Below, one piece after another: positions 1 to 9,039 of a stretch of 64,000 nucleotides of DNA. Numbering within the stretch: position 1 is the stretch's first letter; the number at the start of each line of letters is the position of its first letter. Origin of the DNA: a virus (lineage: Duplodnaviria > Caudoviricetes). Below the pieces are notes generated by a model, which was not told where the DNA came from, ran no database searches, and saw only the letters and a program-made list of their open reading frames with translations. The translations under genes were made by a program, and so were the position numbers. Where the stretch lies: IMG/VR virus record IMGVR_UViG_3300029288_000057, positions 96,001-160,000 of that record. One strand, written 5' to 3'.

Positions 1-95
1 TTGCCCATATCTATAATCATTCCTTCTCCGCCTCTGGCAATTTCCTTGCTTTCGTTTATGTTAACGACGTCTCCAACTTTATTGAACAGCTTCAT
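1..95 (-). CDS. Ser/Thr protein kinase, N-terminal fragment (runs off the left edge; not in ORF track)
   Basis: ATG at 95 translates MKLFNKVGDVVNINESKEIARGGEGMIIDMG; RGGEG Gly-rich loop; overlaps the PP2C stop; expected third member of a vWA-PP2C-kinase triad. Confidence 0.75.
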   Translation of the reverse strand, partial: MKLFNKVGDVVNINESKEIARGGEGMIIDMG

Positions 96-864
96 TTTCG
101 TCTTCTATAATTTCTACAAAAGTTATATGCGCAATAGACAAATCATCACTTGGGGCAATGTTTTTGTCGTCAAGAATATTGCAAATTCTTGCAAGTCCTA
201 TTTTGTTGTTTAAAAGAAAACCACTTTCGAAAAAACGTTTTATTATTTCGTCCTTTTCGTCATCAGTTATATATCTGTTCTCATCATAATTTCTAAATGA
301 ATCAATTCCATCACTCATTACAGCAATGGTTTTTTCAATTTTAAAATTATATTTGTAAACATTGTTTTTCCACACATCTGAGAATAGGCTTGTCAAATAA
401 TAAGCAATGTAGTCTGGCGCATTCTCATTGGTTGGTTTTATTGTGTGAATTTTCCCGTCAATGTAAATACTTCCATCTCCAACAATAATTGAATATGACT
501 GTTTTGTTTTTAAGTTTACAGCAGATAGTACTATTGTTGAGAGTATTTCGGTTAAATCAAGCACAAAATAATTGAATGAGTATCTCAGTTCATTAAAAAA
601 CAATTCAATTAAAGTGTGCACAACATCTTCCAAGTTTGATTCTTCGTTTATGCTTTCAAGAAAAGTTTTGTGTTGAATGGCTATTTTCTTGAATATTTTT
701 GCAAAAAGTCCAGACGCAAAATATGAATCTCTCCCAGTAGAACAGCCATCAAATACAATGATGACTGCGATTTGATTGTAAGAGAAGACGAGGGATTCGT
801 CTTCACACCTGTGGGCGTGAGCTCTCCCTCGTCTTGTTACTTGCCGTGATTTAACTTCAAACAT
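79..864 (-). CDS. PP2C-like protein phosphatase
   Basis: CED, VFDGCS, VGDG, MSDG and DDLS motifs of the PP2C/SpoIIE fold. Confidence 0.85.
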   Translation of the reverse strand: MFEVKSRQVTRRGRAHAHRCEDESLVFSYNQIAVIIVFDGCSTGRDSYFASGLFAKIFKKIAIQHKTFLESINEESNLEDVVHTLIELFFNELRYSFNYFVLDLTEILSTIVLSAVNLKTKQSYSIIVGDGSIYIDGKIHTIKPTNENAPDYIAYYLTSLFSDVWKNNVYKYNFKIEKTIAVMSDGIDSFRNYDENRYITDDEKDEIIKRFFESGFLLNNKIGLARICNILDDKNIAPSDDLSIAHITFVEIIEDENEAVQ

Positions 865-867
865 TTT

Positions 868-1566
868 TTAGAAGTTTAAATTCTGAGAAATGTTCTGGCC
901 GTTTGAAACGCTTGTCACAGAACTGCTGATGATAGCAACAGCTTTTCTGATGTTGTCACCAAGAACTGCTAAAGACTGAAATCCCAAAGCGTCAAATGCT
1001 TCTTTGAAATACTGGTCTTCACCAATTCCCAACAGGACAGAAGAGAATGTCATAATGTTCTGCTCTTCTTTGTTCAGTTCAATCAGTTTGTCTTTCACAT
1101 ACTGAGCATCTGAGTCAGGAGAGGCATTGTTTTCGCCGTCAGTAATTACAAAAAGAATAGTTTTTGCTTTTACGCCAGTTTTCTGGAGAGAATCTCTGTA
1201 ATCAATTGCCTTGTCCAAAGCCATTCTTGCAGCTGCGTATAATGCAGTTGCACCGTTTCTTGGAGACAGTTTGAATTCTTCAACTTCTGTTACTGGCTGA
1301 AACCCTGTGAGAACTTCAACATCATTATCAAAAACAATAGTTGATATTAACAACCTGTCTTTAACATGGCTTTTTGACATATTTTCAACGAATTCATTGG
1401 CTGCTTTATTCAGCTCTTCACACCTTGTGGTGCTCAAACTTGTAACCCGCTGAGACATAGACCCAGATAGGTCAAATGCAAATACTGCATTTATCGTTTC
1501 TTCGACTTCAATGTTTTCAGGATTAAAATCCGCATCTCCGCCAAAATCAAATTTAACTTTTTCCAT
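868..1566 (-). CDS. vWA-domain protein (TerY-like)
   Basis: MIDAS DLSGS, T in GATALY, ITDG. Confidence 0.85.
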   Translation of the reverse strand: MEKVKFDFGGDADFNPENIEVEETINAVFAFDLSGSMSQRVTSLSTTRCEELNKAANEFVENMSKSHVKDRLLISTIVFDNDVEVLTGFQPVTEVEEFKLSPRNGATALYAAARMALDKAIDYRDSLQKTGVKAKTILFVITDGENNASPDSDAQYVKDKLIELNKEEQNIMTFSSVLLGIGEDQYFKEAFDALGFQSLAVLGDNIRKAVAIISSSVTSVSNGQNISQNLNF

Positions 1567-1585
1567 TTTTTTTGAATTAAGGGGT

Positions 1586-2395
1586 TTATAAAATGTCGTC
1601 TGTGCTTTTGACGAACTTGATTCCTAATGCTTTTGCCTCATCGTAAATTGGTTGTGCCAATTTTTCGAATGTAACCCCAGGGGCAACTTCTCCTGGAACA
1701 GGGGACATACAGTCTTCGAGAATAACGAATTTCTTAGCAAGAGCTTCGTCAAACTTCATAGCCTGTTTCAATGAGGTAGCTGTACAATGTGTTTTAGCTT
1801 CACCTGCAAAATAAACGACATCATAATCGTTAAGAATTTTTGCAAGTCTGTCATTAAACTGAGTTCCATCTTCTCCTGGAATTGGAATGTTTGCCTGGAA
1901 AACTCCGAAATGCTCAGTTAAAGGATGAACGCCTTTTTTTACAATCTTATGGAACAAACATTCTGATGTTGACCAGTCTTTTACTGCATCCATAAGTACG
2001 GGGAAGATTGCTGCGCCTTCACTTCCATCAACACAATGGACTGGCCATATGCAATGTGGAAATTCTCCTTGTGTTGCAAGGTCTTCTAAATATTTAAGAG
2101 CTGCTTGTGGATAAAACCTTGGAGTCCATATTCCACTTTTCACATCTTCCACAGAAATAATGGTAAATGGATTTGGAAACTTTCCTTCTTTATCCTGCCA
2201 AAATGCTGGATGGCTGATGTCAATAACCATATGGCTGTCCTGAGTTAATCCAATGTAGCCGATTTTGGATTTGTTTCTTGTAATAAAGCTAGCAAGACGT
2301 TCCATGTCTTTATCCGCTCCTGGGACTGAAAGAGCACCAGTTGGTTTGCAGAAGTCATTCTGCCCATCAATAATTAAAACTGCAATTTTTTTCAT
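1586..2395 (-). CDS. pncA: Nicotinamidase (isochorismatase family)
   Basis: IDGQNDFC, GALSV, QDSH, WPVHC, KG, GEAKTHC catalytic motifs. Confidence 0.85.
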   Translation of the reverse strand: MKKIAVLIIDGQNDFCKPTGALSVPGADKDMERLASFITRNKSKIGYIGLTQDSHMVIDISHPAFWQDKEGKFPNPFTIISVEDVKSGIWTPRFYPQAALKYLEDLATQGEFPHCIWPVHCVDGSEGAAIFPVLMDAVKDWSTSECLFHKIVKKGVHPLTEHFGVFQANIPIPGEDGTQFNDRLAKILNDYDVVYFAGEAKTHCTATSLKQAMKFDEALAKKFVILEDCMSPVPGEVAPGVTFEKLAQPIYDEAKALGIKFVKSTDDIL

Positions 2396-2429
2396 TGTAA
2401 TAAATTTTAAAGTTAATATTTTTTTAACC

Positions 2430-2457
2430 TATACGAGAAAAAACGAAAAATGTTATA
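2430..2457 (-). promoter_or_regulatory. ECF-like promoter TATAAC-N16-CGTATA upstream of pncA operon
   Basis: One of 8 copies with identical 16-nt spacer. Confidence 0.7.
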
Positions 2458-2486
2458 AAAAAGCCCCAAAATATTTCGGGGCTTTT
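2457..2486. terminator. Intrinsic terminator hairpin
   Basis: aagcccc...ggggctt flanked by A/T runs, right after the rSAM stop. Confidence 0.75.
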
Positions 2487-2487
2487 G

Positions 2488-3723
2488 TTATTTTATTTCT
2501 GACGTGTCAGAATTTGTGGTATCATCTTTTTTTTCTGGGGCGTCTCCTGTTGTGTATTTATCATAAAAGACTCCATATACATACACACGATTAAAGTTGT
2601 CTTTCACTCCATAAAGCAATATGTTTGGCTGTCTTGGGAAATCAACTCCGTACATAATAATTTGTGGAGAAACAACCGCATACATTACCACAGCATAATC
2701 TTGAATTTGTGGTCTTGGGTTTTCTTTGACGATTTCTTCTATAAATTTTTTCCAATCTTTTTCTTTTTCAATTGGAATTTCAATAAATTCACGTCCAGCA
2801 AAAATATCGGTTTTTTGTTGTAAACATTTATTGTCGCAGGCATCCTTACAACATTTAAAGATTCCGAATCTTTGTTCCTTAAATGAGTTAATCCATATTT
2901 GTTCGAGGGGAGTTATTAAAATATTGATGAGCTCTCCAAAATCTTTTGTCCAGCTTCTCATTGAGAGACACGGGATAACCTTTCCGTCATAAGTGATTCC
3001 AAGAGATGATATTCCAGCTCCGCATGGCATATCGTTTCTTATATTATCAGAAAGAATTATTCTTGCTCCACTTTTTTCTACCTTTTCCTTAAGAACATTA
3101 AACGCAGCTTCGTTGTCTGGATGGTATAATGCGAGCGGGTTGTTTGGGTCATCATAAACAGTAAATTGAATAGTCCACATTTTGTTGTTTTTTTTCACGA
3201 ACTCTTCAATTGAATCAAAAATATAAAGGTTTTGAATATTAAAATTTGTAATTACTGTATAATTTTCGAATTTTTCTCTTTGTGTGGGTGTTTCCGTTTC
3301 TACTACAAGAACATCAGGAGATACAAATTTTGGATTTAATAATTCTTTTATTTTTTCCAATTCAGAACTTGTGTTTACAGAAATCCCTGTCCAATCGTAT
3401 TTTTTAAGAATTTCAAATGTGGCTGAGTTGGATGAGTCTCCAAGAGAATTAGGATTTACCAAGATTTTACAAACAATATTCTTTTCTTTGAATATCTTTA
3501 GGATTTCTTCATGCATGGAAATGCTCAAAAGAAGCGGGTCTCCTCCACTAATATTAATTTCTTCTGGGGGATATTCAGCAATGGCTTTCGCAATTTTAAG
3601 AATTGTTTCATTATCAGTTTTTGTGTTTCTGACAGATTTGGAACCACAATAAGTGCATCCGTTTTTACACTCTCCTGTAATCTCCCAGATAATTTCTCTG
3701 AGTTTAATGTGCTGTTGTTGCAT
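2488..3723 (-). CDS. Radical SAM/SPASM-twitch enzyme, splicease (PlpX)-like, with C-terminal XYG-repeat tail
   Basis: WEITGECKNGCTYCGS (CxxxCxxC), SGGDP, CGAGISSLGITYDGKVIPCLS; tail carries MYAV/MYGV/LYGV/VYGV. Confidence 0.85.
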   Translation of the reverse strand: MQQQHIKLREIIWEITGECKNGCTYCGSKSVRNTKTDNETILKIAKAIAEYPPEEINISGGDPLLLSISMHEEILKIFKEKNIVCKILVNPNSLGDSSNSATFEILKKYDWTGISVNTSSELEKIKELLNPKFVSPDVLVVETETPTQREKFENYTVITNFNIQNLYIFDSIEEFVKKNNKMWTIQFTVYDDPNNPLALYHPDNEAAFNVLKEKVEKSGARIILSDNIRNDMPCGAGISSLGITYDGKVIPCLSMRSWTKDFGELINILITPLEQIWINSFKEQRFGIFKCCKDACDNKCLQQKTDIFAGREFIEIPIEKEKDWKKFIEEIVKENPRPQIQDYAVVMYAVVSPQIIMYGVDFPRQPNILLYGVKDNFNRVYVYGVFYDKYTTGDAPEKKDDTTNSDTSEIK

Positions 3724-3737
3724 AATTTTAAATTATT

Positions 3738-4196
3738 TTATTGTTGTCTACCGCTAATGTCTACGGTAGGGTGACATGCTTCAATAATAAACAACCTTCC
3801 TGGTTCTTCTCTGAGACACAATTCTAGCCTTTTGTCCTCTAAACAGCAGAGCCAGCTTTCTTTGCCATTATAATCGTATTTTTTTACCAACAATTGTTCA
3901 ACATAACTTCTACTAAGATTATAATAAATTACGGTAAACGATATACAAGTATCATTCTTAAAATAACAACTTATTATTCTAAAATTACTTATATCATGTA
4001 CAATCATTTTGCTTTCTTTTTTTAGACTCCTTGTTTCAAGAAAAACATCTTTCTTTTCCCACATTTCTGTTGAATCTGGGCTCATTACATATAGTTCATT
4101 GGCTATAATTTGAAATGAGCTTTTCCCAATGTAGTTTTGGGAAAAAATTAAAGTTGTACAAAAAAGCACAATTAAGAGTAAAATAATTTTTTTCAT
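3738..4196 (-). CDS. Hypothetical exported protein
   Basis: MKK + hydrophobic signal peptide ending FSQ; TATATTTG at 4224-4231. Confidence 0.6.
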   Translation of the reverse strand: MKKIILLLIVLFCTTLIFSQNYIGKSSFQIIANELYVMSPDSTEMWEKKDVFLETRSLKKESKMIVHDISNFRIISCYFKNDTCISFTVIYYNLSRSYVEQLLVKKYDYNGKESWLCCLEDKRLELCLREEPGRLFIIEACHPTVDISGRQQ

Positions 4197-4247
4197 TTTG
4201 TTCCTTTTTTAAGATTTGCAAAGCAAATATACAAATTCTTTTTGGAA

Positions 4248-4499
4248 CTAGATAATAATTTTTGTTGTTTTTTTTATTTCGTTTTTAACAACATCTATAT
4301 GTTGTTGATTTCCAACAACAATCAGTTTGGTTTTTTCTTTTTTCCATGGCCAAAAATGTTTTTCACTGATAACATAACACAGAATTTTGTTTTTTGAACA
4401 GAATTCGTGAAAGTCTCTTCTGAAAGACTTTGTGGCAAATTTATACATTTTAATCTCAAAAGTGGCTCTTTGTGTTTCCATATTATTAATCAGTTCCAA
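4248..4499 (-). CDS. Hypothetical protein
   Basis: Packed co-directional ORF. Confidence 0.5.
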   Translation of the reverse strand: MELINNMETQRATFEIKMYKFATKSFRRDFHEFCSKNKILCYVISEKHFWPWKKEKTKLIVVGNQQHIDVVKNEIKKTTKIII

Positions 4500-4683
4500 G
4501 TTGGATGAGTAAACGAATTAACGTAATTGACATTACAATAATTGCTATAGGTAAGCAACTCCACGTGCTGATAACCAAGATTGCTGACAACGTAAGGTTT
4601 GCATTTGCTTCACCAGATAAAATGTCGTTTATGATAGAAAAAAAGAATCCTATTCCAGCGATAATTGCGATTGCTAATATCAT
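4486..4683 (-). CDS. Small membrane protein
   Basis: Two hydrophobic segments; directly below an ECF-like promoter. Confidence 0.55.
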   Translation of the reverse strand: MILAIAIIAGIGFFFSIINDILSGEANANLTLSAILVISTWSCLPIAIIVMSITLIRLLIQLGTD

Positions 4684-4704
4684 GTTTGTATAGTTTTTGT
4701 ATGC

Positions 4705-4766
4705 TATACGAAAAAAAAAGAAAAAAGTTACTTCATAATAAAACTTTTATTAATTTTATTCGTATA
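4705..4766. promoter_or_regulatory. Divergent pair of ECF-like promoters (minus 4705-4731; plus 4739-4766)
   Basis: GTAAC-N16-CGTATA and TAAAAC-N16-CGTATA back to back. Confidence 0.7.
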
Positions 4767-4776
4767 AAATAGAAGA

Positions 4777-5067
4777 ATGATAAAATGTTATCACATATCG
4801 CCCATTAGAAATAGGCAGTCCATATTAAAAAAAGGATTGGTTCCGAAAGACAATAAGGCCATGAATTATTCAAAAAAGCTTTTTTTCTCCACTGACAGAA
4901 ACAATCTGGGATTTGATTATGTTGATTATTCTAATGTTGATGTCTGGTCTTTCGTTTTACCGAAAAGTAAAATAAAAGCAGATGATAACGCATGGAAAGA
5001 ATGCTTTTGTTATATTTCAGAGAAAATTCCTGCAGAAAAGATTAAACTAGAAGAAACGATTGTTTAA
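4777..5067 (+). CDS. Small ADP-ribosyltransferase-fold protein (Tpt1/KptA/DUF952-like)
   Basis: YHISP..NR.SILKKGLVP N-terminal signature; C-terminal IPAEKI. Confidence 0.55.
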   Translation: MIKCYHISPIRNRQSILKKGLVPKDNKAMNYSKKLFFSTDRNNLGFDYVDYSNVDVWSFVLPKSKIKADDNAWKECFCYISEKIPAEKIKLEETIV

Positions 5068-5585
5068 TAAATCTTTTTTTGTTTAATCAAATCAATATTT
5101 TTAACAAAAACATCAACCCTCATTTTTTCGATTATATTTTTCATTGAATAGCTCTTTCCGAAAAAAGCTGTTACAATTTGATTGTCTCTTACAACGGCGT
5201 ATAGTTGATTCCCGTTACTGTTTGTTTCTTTATCAATAAAGAGCATTGTTGGTCTGGTCCTTAACACGTCCTGTTTCTCTTGTTCACTAAAATATTTTAT
5301 TTGATTAGAGTCAATTGGAATATCTGATATTTTAACAGCATATGATTTGTTCTTGGGAAAATTGTAGTCTTCAACGATTTTGGTGTTTTCTATAATTTTA
5401 TTTTTTAATTCTTTTGGCAACGCATAAAGTCCCACCTCATTATATTCTCCAACTGTACCTGGAATTTCATACCCAACGGTTATTTCATCTTGATTGACCA
5501 GTCTGTTAAAAACACGAACTTCGTAGTGAATGCTTTGCATAGCTTCATTTATAATTTTTCTTATATATAATCTTAATTGATTCAT
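5064..5585 (-). CDS. Hypothetical late protein with LR.YIRKIINE leader
   Basis: Leader motif; TATTTATT at 5594-5601. Confidence 0.6.
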   Translation of the reverse strand: MNQLRLYIRKIINEAMQSIHYEVRVFNRLVNQDEITVGYEIPGTVGEYNEVGLYALPKELKNKIIENTKIVEDYNFPKNKSYAVKISDIPIDSNQIKYFSEQEKQDVLRTRPTMLFIDKETNSNGNQLYAVVRDNQIVTAFFGKSYSMKNIIEKMRVDVFVKNIDLIKQKKIY

Positions 5586-5614
5586 GTGCCAACAATAAAT
5601 ATTTAAAAATATAA

Positions 5615-5651
5615 TAAAAAAAGCCCCCTTTTTAAAAAAAGGAGGCTTTTC
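5615..5651. terminator. Intrinsic terminator hairpin
   Basis: aagccccctttt/aaaaggaggctt inverted repeat after coaB. Confidence 0.65.
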
Positions 5652-5667
5652 TTTTGATGGTTTTGTT

Positions 5668-6345
5668 TTAAGGAAGTAATAGCGTTGCCAAATTCATGGC
5701 AATCCCAAGTTTGCCGACACATTTACTGGATGTTTTTCCCTTTCCAACAATATAGGCAATGTGTTCGTTGTTTTCCTTCATTTCTTGTTTGTCATTAGCC
5801 ACAACCAAATCACAGTTATTCCTTACTAATGATTCATAGGCAATGTCAATCAATTCTTCGTGAGTCTTGTTTACTTCAAATTTAAACCCCACTAGCCTCA
5901 CTGTGTGGTTCCATTTCTTTATGAATGAGATAATCTTCGGATTAACAACAATTCGGTCTCTGAGGGAATCTATGAAGGCGTGGGGGTCATTACTCTTAAG
6001 TTTAATGTTGGATGGTTTGAACCCAAAGTCGCTTATCGCCATGGAATGAATTACAACATCAACTTTCGGGACAAGTCTTTCCATTATGTCATATACATCT
6101 TGAGTGCTGTCGGCATAAATAACTTCAACCATATTTTTCTCGTTGTCCTCCACCAATGTATGAAGATTACAAACACTTGGAATTGCTGAGCCCTTACTGC
6201 AGACATAATAAATCTTTTCAATATTATGATTGAGATAGAATGTGTTTGCTATCTGTGCACCCAACTTTCCAGTGCTGATGTTTGTTAAAACCCGAACCTC
6301 ATCAATGTGTTCACGGGTTCCTCCGCTTGTTACTAAAATTTTCAT
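5668..6345 (-). CDS. coaB: Phosphopantothenate-cysteine ligase (CoaB, DFP C-terminal domain)
   Basis: VTSGGTREHIDEVRVLTNISTGKLG, HSMAISDF, GFKFE, VVAND. Confidence 0.85.
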   Translation of the reverse strand: MKILVTSGGTREHIDEVRVLTNISTGKLGAQIANTFYLNHNIEKIYYVCSKGSAIPSVCNLHTLVEDNEKNMVEVIYADSTQDVYDIMERLVPKVDVVIHSMAISDFGFKPSNIKLKSNDPHAFIDSLRDRIVVNPKIISFIKKWNHTVRLVGFKFEVNKTHEELIDIAYESLVRNNCDLVVANDKQEMKENNEHIAYIVGKGKTSSKCVGKLGIAMNLATLLLP

Positions 6346-6623
6346 TATTTTAAATATCTTTTTAAACTAATTCCCAATTCATCCAAAGTTCTTCTAAAAT
6401 GTGAATAACTCTGAAATACCATTTTTGAATTGCATGGTGCGCTATAAAAGGACACTATACTCGTTTCAATGTTTTCCATTATTTCTGCACTCATCTTTTT
6501 TCGTAAAGACAGCGGAGCTTTTTTGCTCACATCTCCTTCAAAGAGCTCTTTTGTAAAAAAAAGTTGACTTTTTTCTTTCTGGCCTTCTGTTATGATAGAG
6601 CCTTTATAACATATAATGTCCAT
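6345..6623 (-). CDS. Hypothetical protein
   Basis: Stop overlaps coaB start, between coaC and coaB. Confidence 0.55.
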   Translation of the reverse strand: MDIICYKGSIITEGQKEKSQLFFTKELFEGDVSKKAPLSLRKKMSAEIMENIETSIVSFYSAPCNSKMVFQSYSHFRRTLDELGISLKRYLK

Positions 6624-6633
6624 AATTGTATTT

Positions 6634-7725
6634 TTAAAATTTATAATATTTTTTCATTGACCTTATTAGAAATGGGGTGGGGTCTAACAAACCTTCGGGA
6701 AGAGTTTGTCCCCACTCTTTATCAATATTTCTTAAGAACCCTGGTTTTCTCAATTCCAGATGAAGCATGCTGGTCGGGCGACCTTTGTCTTTCTTGAGAA
6801 CTTGCAGAACGGTGCCAAGCAAATCTCCCGCATTAACCTCATCTCCAGTCTTCCATTGTGAATGTACTTGAATCTCTCCGTAAACGATGAGCCCATCGTC
6901 ACCCTCGATTGAAATAGCGTCTGTGTCGTTCCACCAGTCACAATTTGCCTTTATTCCAGTCCATGGACGAATATCTTTCACAATGCCCTTTTGCACCGCA
7001 TAAACAGAAGTTCCAATTGGAGCATATAAATCAACGCCTCTGTGCCTATCATATCTTCTCATTGCTCCAAATGCTCCAAAATGATGCTTTATCGGAATTT
7101 CAACATCTCGTTCAAGATTTATTCTTAAAAAAGAATTTGAGTCTTCCGTGGTTCTGATTGGTTTTATCAAATTAAACGGCCAACTCCAAATAATTCTTGT
7201 ATCCAGGCCTTCAATAATCTCGTTAACAATATCACGTGGTTTTGGTAATTTTCCAATTCCCGTAACTCCACAAGCAAGCTCTCCATAAACAGGTTCAATA
7301 ACATGACAACCTCTACTGGAAAGTATTTGCAAATTACTTGTACATGCGTCGCTTTCATACATTACTGTATTCATAGCTGGGCATATAAATTTTGGAATGT
7401 TTTTGGGGATTGCAATAAAAGTAGAAGAAACAAGGTCGTCGGCAATTCCAAATGTGAATTTTGCAATTATATTTGCAGTTGCAGGGACACAGACAAAAGC
7501 ATCACAATGTTGAGCTTCCTGAATGTGTGTTATTGTATTTACATTTTCTTCGGTGATATAGTGGCCGTCAGAAACGGCGCCAAGGACGGTGGGAGTTACG
7601 AAGTCAAGAGCATTTTTTGTTGTAATAACGTGAACTTCGTATCCGTTACGCTTAAGCCCACTAATTACATCTGCAGCTTTGTATGCTGAGATTCCACCAG
7701 AAATAGCAACTAAAATAGTTTTCAT
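6634..7725 (-). CDS. coaC: Fusion: phosphopantothenoylcysteine decarboxylase (CoaC flavoprotein) + M23 peptidase domain
   Basis: SGGISAYK, PATAN, PAMN, LACGVTGIG in aa 1-175; HRGVDLYAPIGTSVYA and SMLHLE in the C-terminal half. Confidence 0.8.
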   Translation of the reverse strand: MKTILVAISGGISAYKAADVISGLKRNGYEVHVITTKNALDFVTPTVLGAVSDGHYITEENVNTITHIQEAQHCDAFVCVPATANIIAKFTFGIADDLVSSTFIAIPKNIPKFICPAMNTVMYESDACTSNLQILSSRGCHVIEPVYGELACGVTGIGKLPKPRDIVNEIIEGLDTRIIWSWPFNLIKPIRTTEDSNSFLRINLERDVEIPIKHHFGAFGAMRRYDRHRGVDLYAPIGTSVYAVQKGIVKDIRPWTGIKANCDWWNDTDAISIEGDDGLIVYGEIQVHSQWKTGDEVNAGDLLGTVLQVLKKDKGRPTSMLHLELRKPGFLRNIDKEWGQTLPEGLLDPTPFLIRSMKKYYKF

Positions 7726-7736
7726 AGTTTAAAAAA

Positions 7737-8348
7737 TTACTGCCACATTATCAAATCGGGTTCTGGAACATATTTTAAATCAAAATGCAATAAAGTTCTG
7801 GTAGAGTTTTTGGGAATAATTATTCTTGCGTCATGAGAATTGTTAACACACATGCCAAACAAATTGTAATATTCTTCTGTAAATTCAGCCCTCAAGTATT
7901 CTATCCGTGGAATGGATGAATCATCCTCAACCAATTGGACATCTGTCATTTGCATTTTGTTTAATAGATTTCCATATTCTGAATTACTCAAAGAATAAAA
8001 GTAGTAGGGTGTTTTTTTATAAATGCTAATTCCAACATAACCACGCTCCCCGCTTCTACAAGAATCGTTCATGGGATAAATGCCATTTGTGATTATAACT
8101 ACTTGTTTGTGAGGAAAGAAAAATCCAACTGTTATAGCAAAAAATCCACCAATTACAATTCCGATAATGAATGCAATTATGGGTCTCCATATACACATCC
8201 AAATTTTTTCAAAAGTGTCTGTTGACATCTCAACAACTCTGTTTGGATTAGATTCGGAACATCTTTCTTTGTGGGTTTTCCAATCTCTTTTTATAGTTAT
8301 TATAGCTATAATCAGAGCTGCTAAAACAAAAAGGATTTTCGTAATCAT
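7737..8348 (-). CDS. Membrane protein
   Basis: Two hydrophobic helices; first gene below the ECF-like promoter at 8369-8396. Confidence 0.6.
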   Translation of the reverse strand: MITKILFVLAALIIAIITIKRDWKTHKERCSESNPNRVVEMSTDTFEKIWMCIWRPIIAFIIGIVIGGFFAITVGFFFPHKQVVIITNGIYPMNDSCRSGERGYVGISIYKKTPYYFYSLSNSEYGNLLNKMQMTDVQLVEDDSSIPRIEYLRAEFTEEYYNLFGMCVNNSHDARIIIPKNSTRTLLHFDLKYVPEPDLIMWQ

Positions 8349-8368
8349 ATAAAGTTCTTTTGTTAATT

Positions 8369-8396
8369 TATACGATTTTTTGGCAGAAAAGTTACA
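8369..8396 (-). promoter_or_regulatory. ECF-like promoter TGTAAC-N16-CGTATA (coa operon)
   Basis: Exact motif and spacer. Confidence 0.7.
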
Positions 8397-8437
8397 AAAA
8401 GCAAAAAGCCGCTATATTTATAAGAAAATTATATCTC

Positions 8438-9037
8438 ATGGAACAACTGGAACAAATAGCACTTGAAGCTCCGAAATATAGGAGTATATTTTTTAGCAAA
8501 GATGTTGATTCAGAGTCGGTTGGAGAAGCTATAAGGCAGATTGTAGAAATAAATGAACACGATGAAAAACTCAAAGTTCTTTATAGTGTGTTATATGGAA
8601 TCGAATATAATCCAAATCCAATAAAAATATACATTGATTGTACTGGGGGCTATGTTTATTCATGCTTTGGGTTATTGTCTATAATTGAGTGTTCCAAAAC
8701 TCCAATTTATACAATTGCAACTGGTGCAGCTATGTCTTCTGGTTTATTGATTCTTGTTTGTGGGCACAAAAGATTTGCATACGAATTAACCACATTTTTA
8801 TATCACCAAACAAGCTCTGAGTCTTTAGGAACAGCCAAAGAAATGAAGGATGATGCTACGGAGATTCAAAGGATACAAAAAATATTTGAAGATGTTACGA
8901 TAAAAAAAACAAAGATTCCAAAAAGTAAATTAAAAAACGTATACGAGACAAAAACAGATTGGTATTTTTCTTCGGCAGAAGCAAAAAGACTATGTGTAAT
9001 AGATAAAATTTTGAAGCCTGGGGACGAAATTGAATAA
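8438..9037 (+). CDS. clpP: ClpP-family serine protease
   Basis: IYIDCTGG, AAMSSG (Ser), FLYHQ (His), DWYFSSAEA; start moved to ATG 8438, below TATTTATA at 8415-8422. Confidence 0.8.
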   Translation: MEQLEQIALEAPKYRSIFFSKDVDSESVGEAIRQIVEINEHDEKLKVLYSVLYGIEYNPNPIKIYIDCTGGYVYSCFGLLSIIECSKTPIYTIATGAAMSSGLLILVCGHKRFAYELTTFLYHQTSSESLGTAKEMKDDATEIQRIQKIFEDVTIKKTKIPKSKLKNVYETKTDWYFSSAEAKRLCVIDKILKPGDEIE

Positions 9038-9039
9038 TT

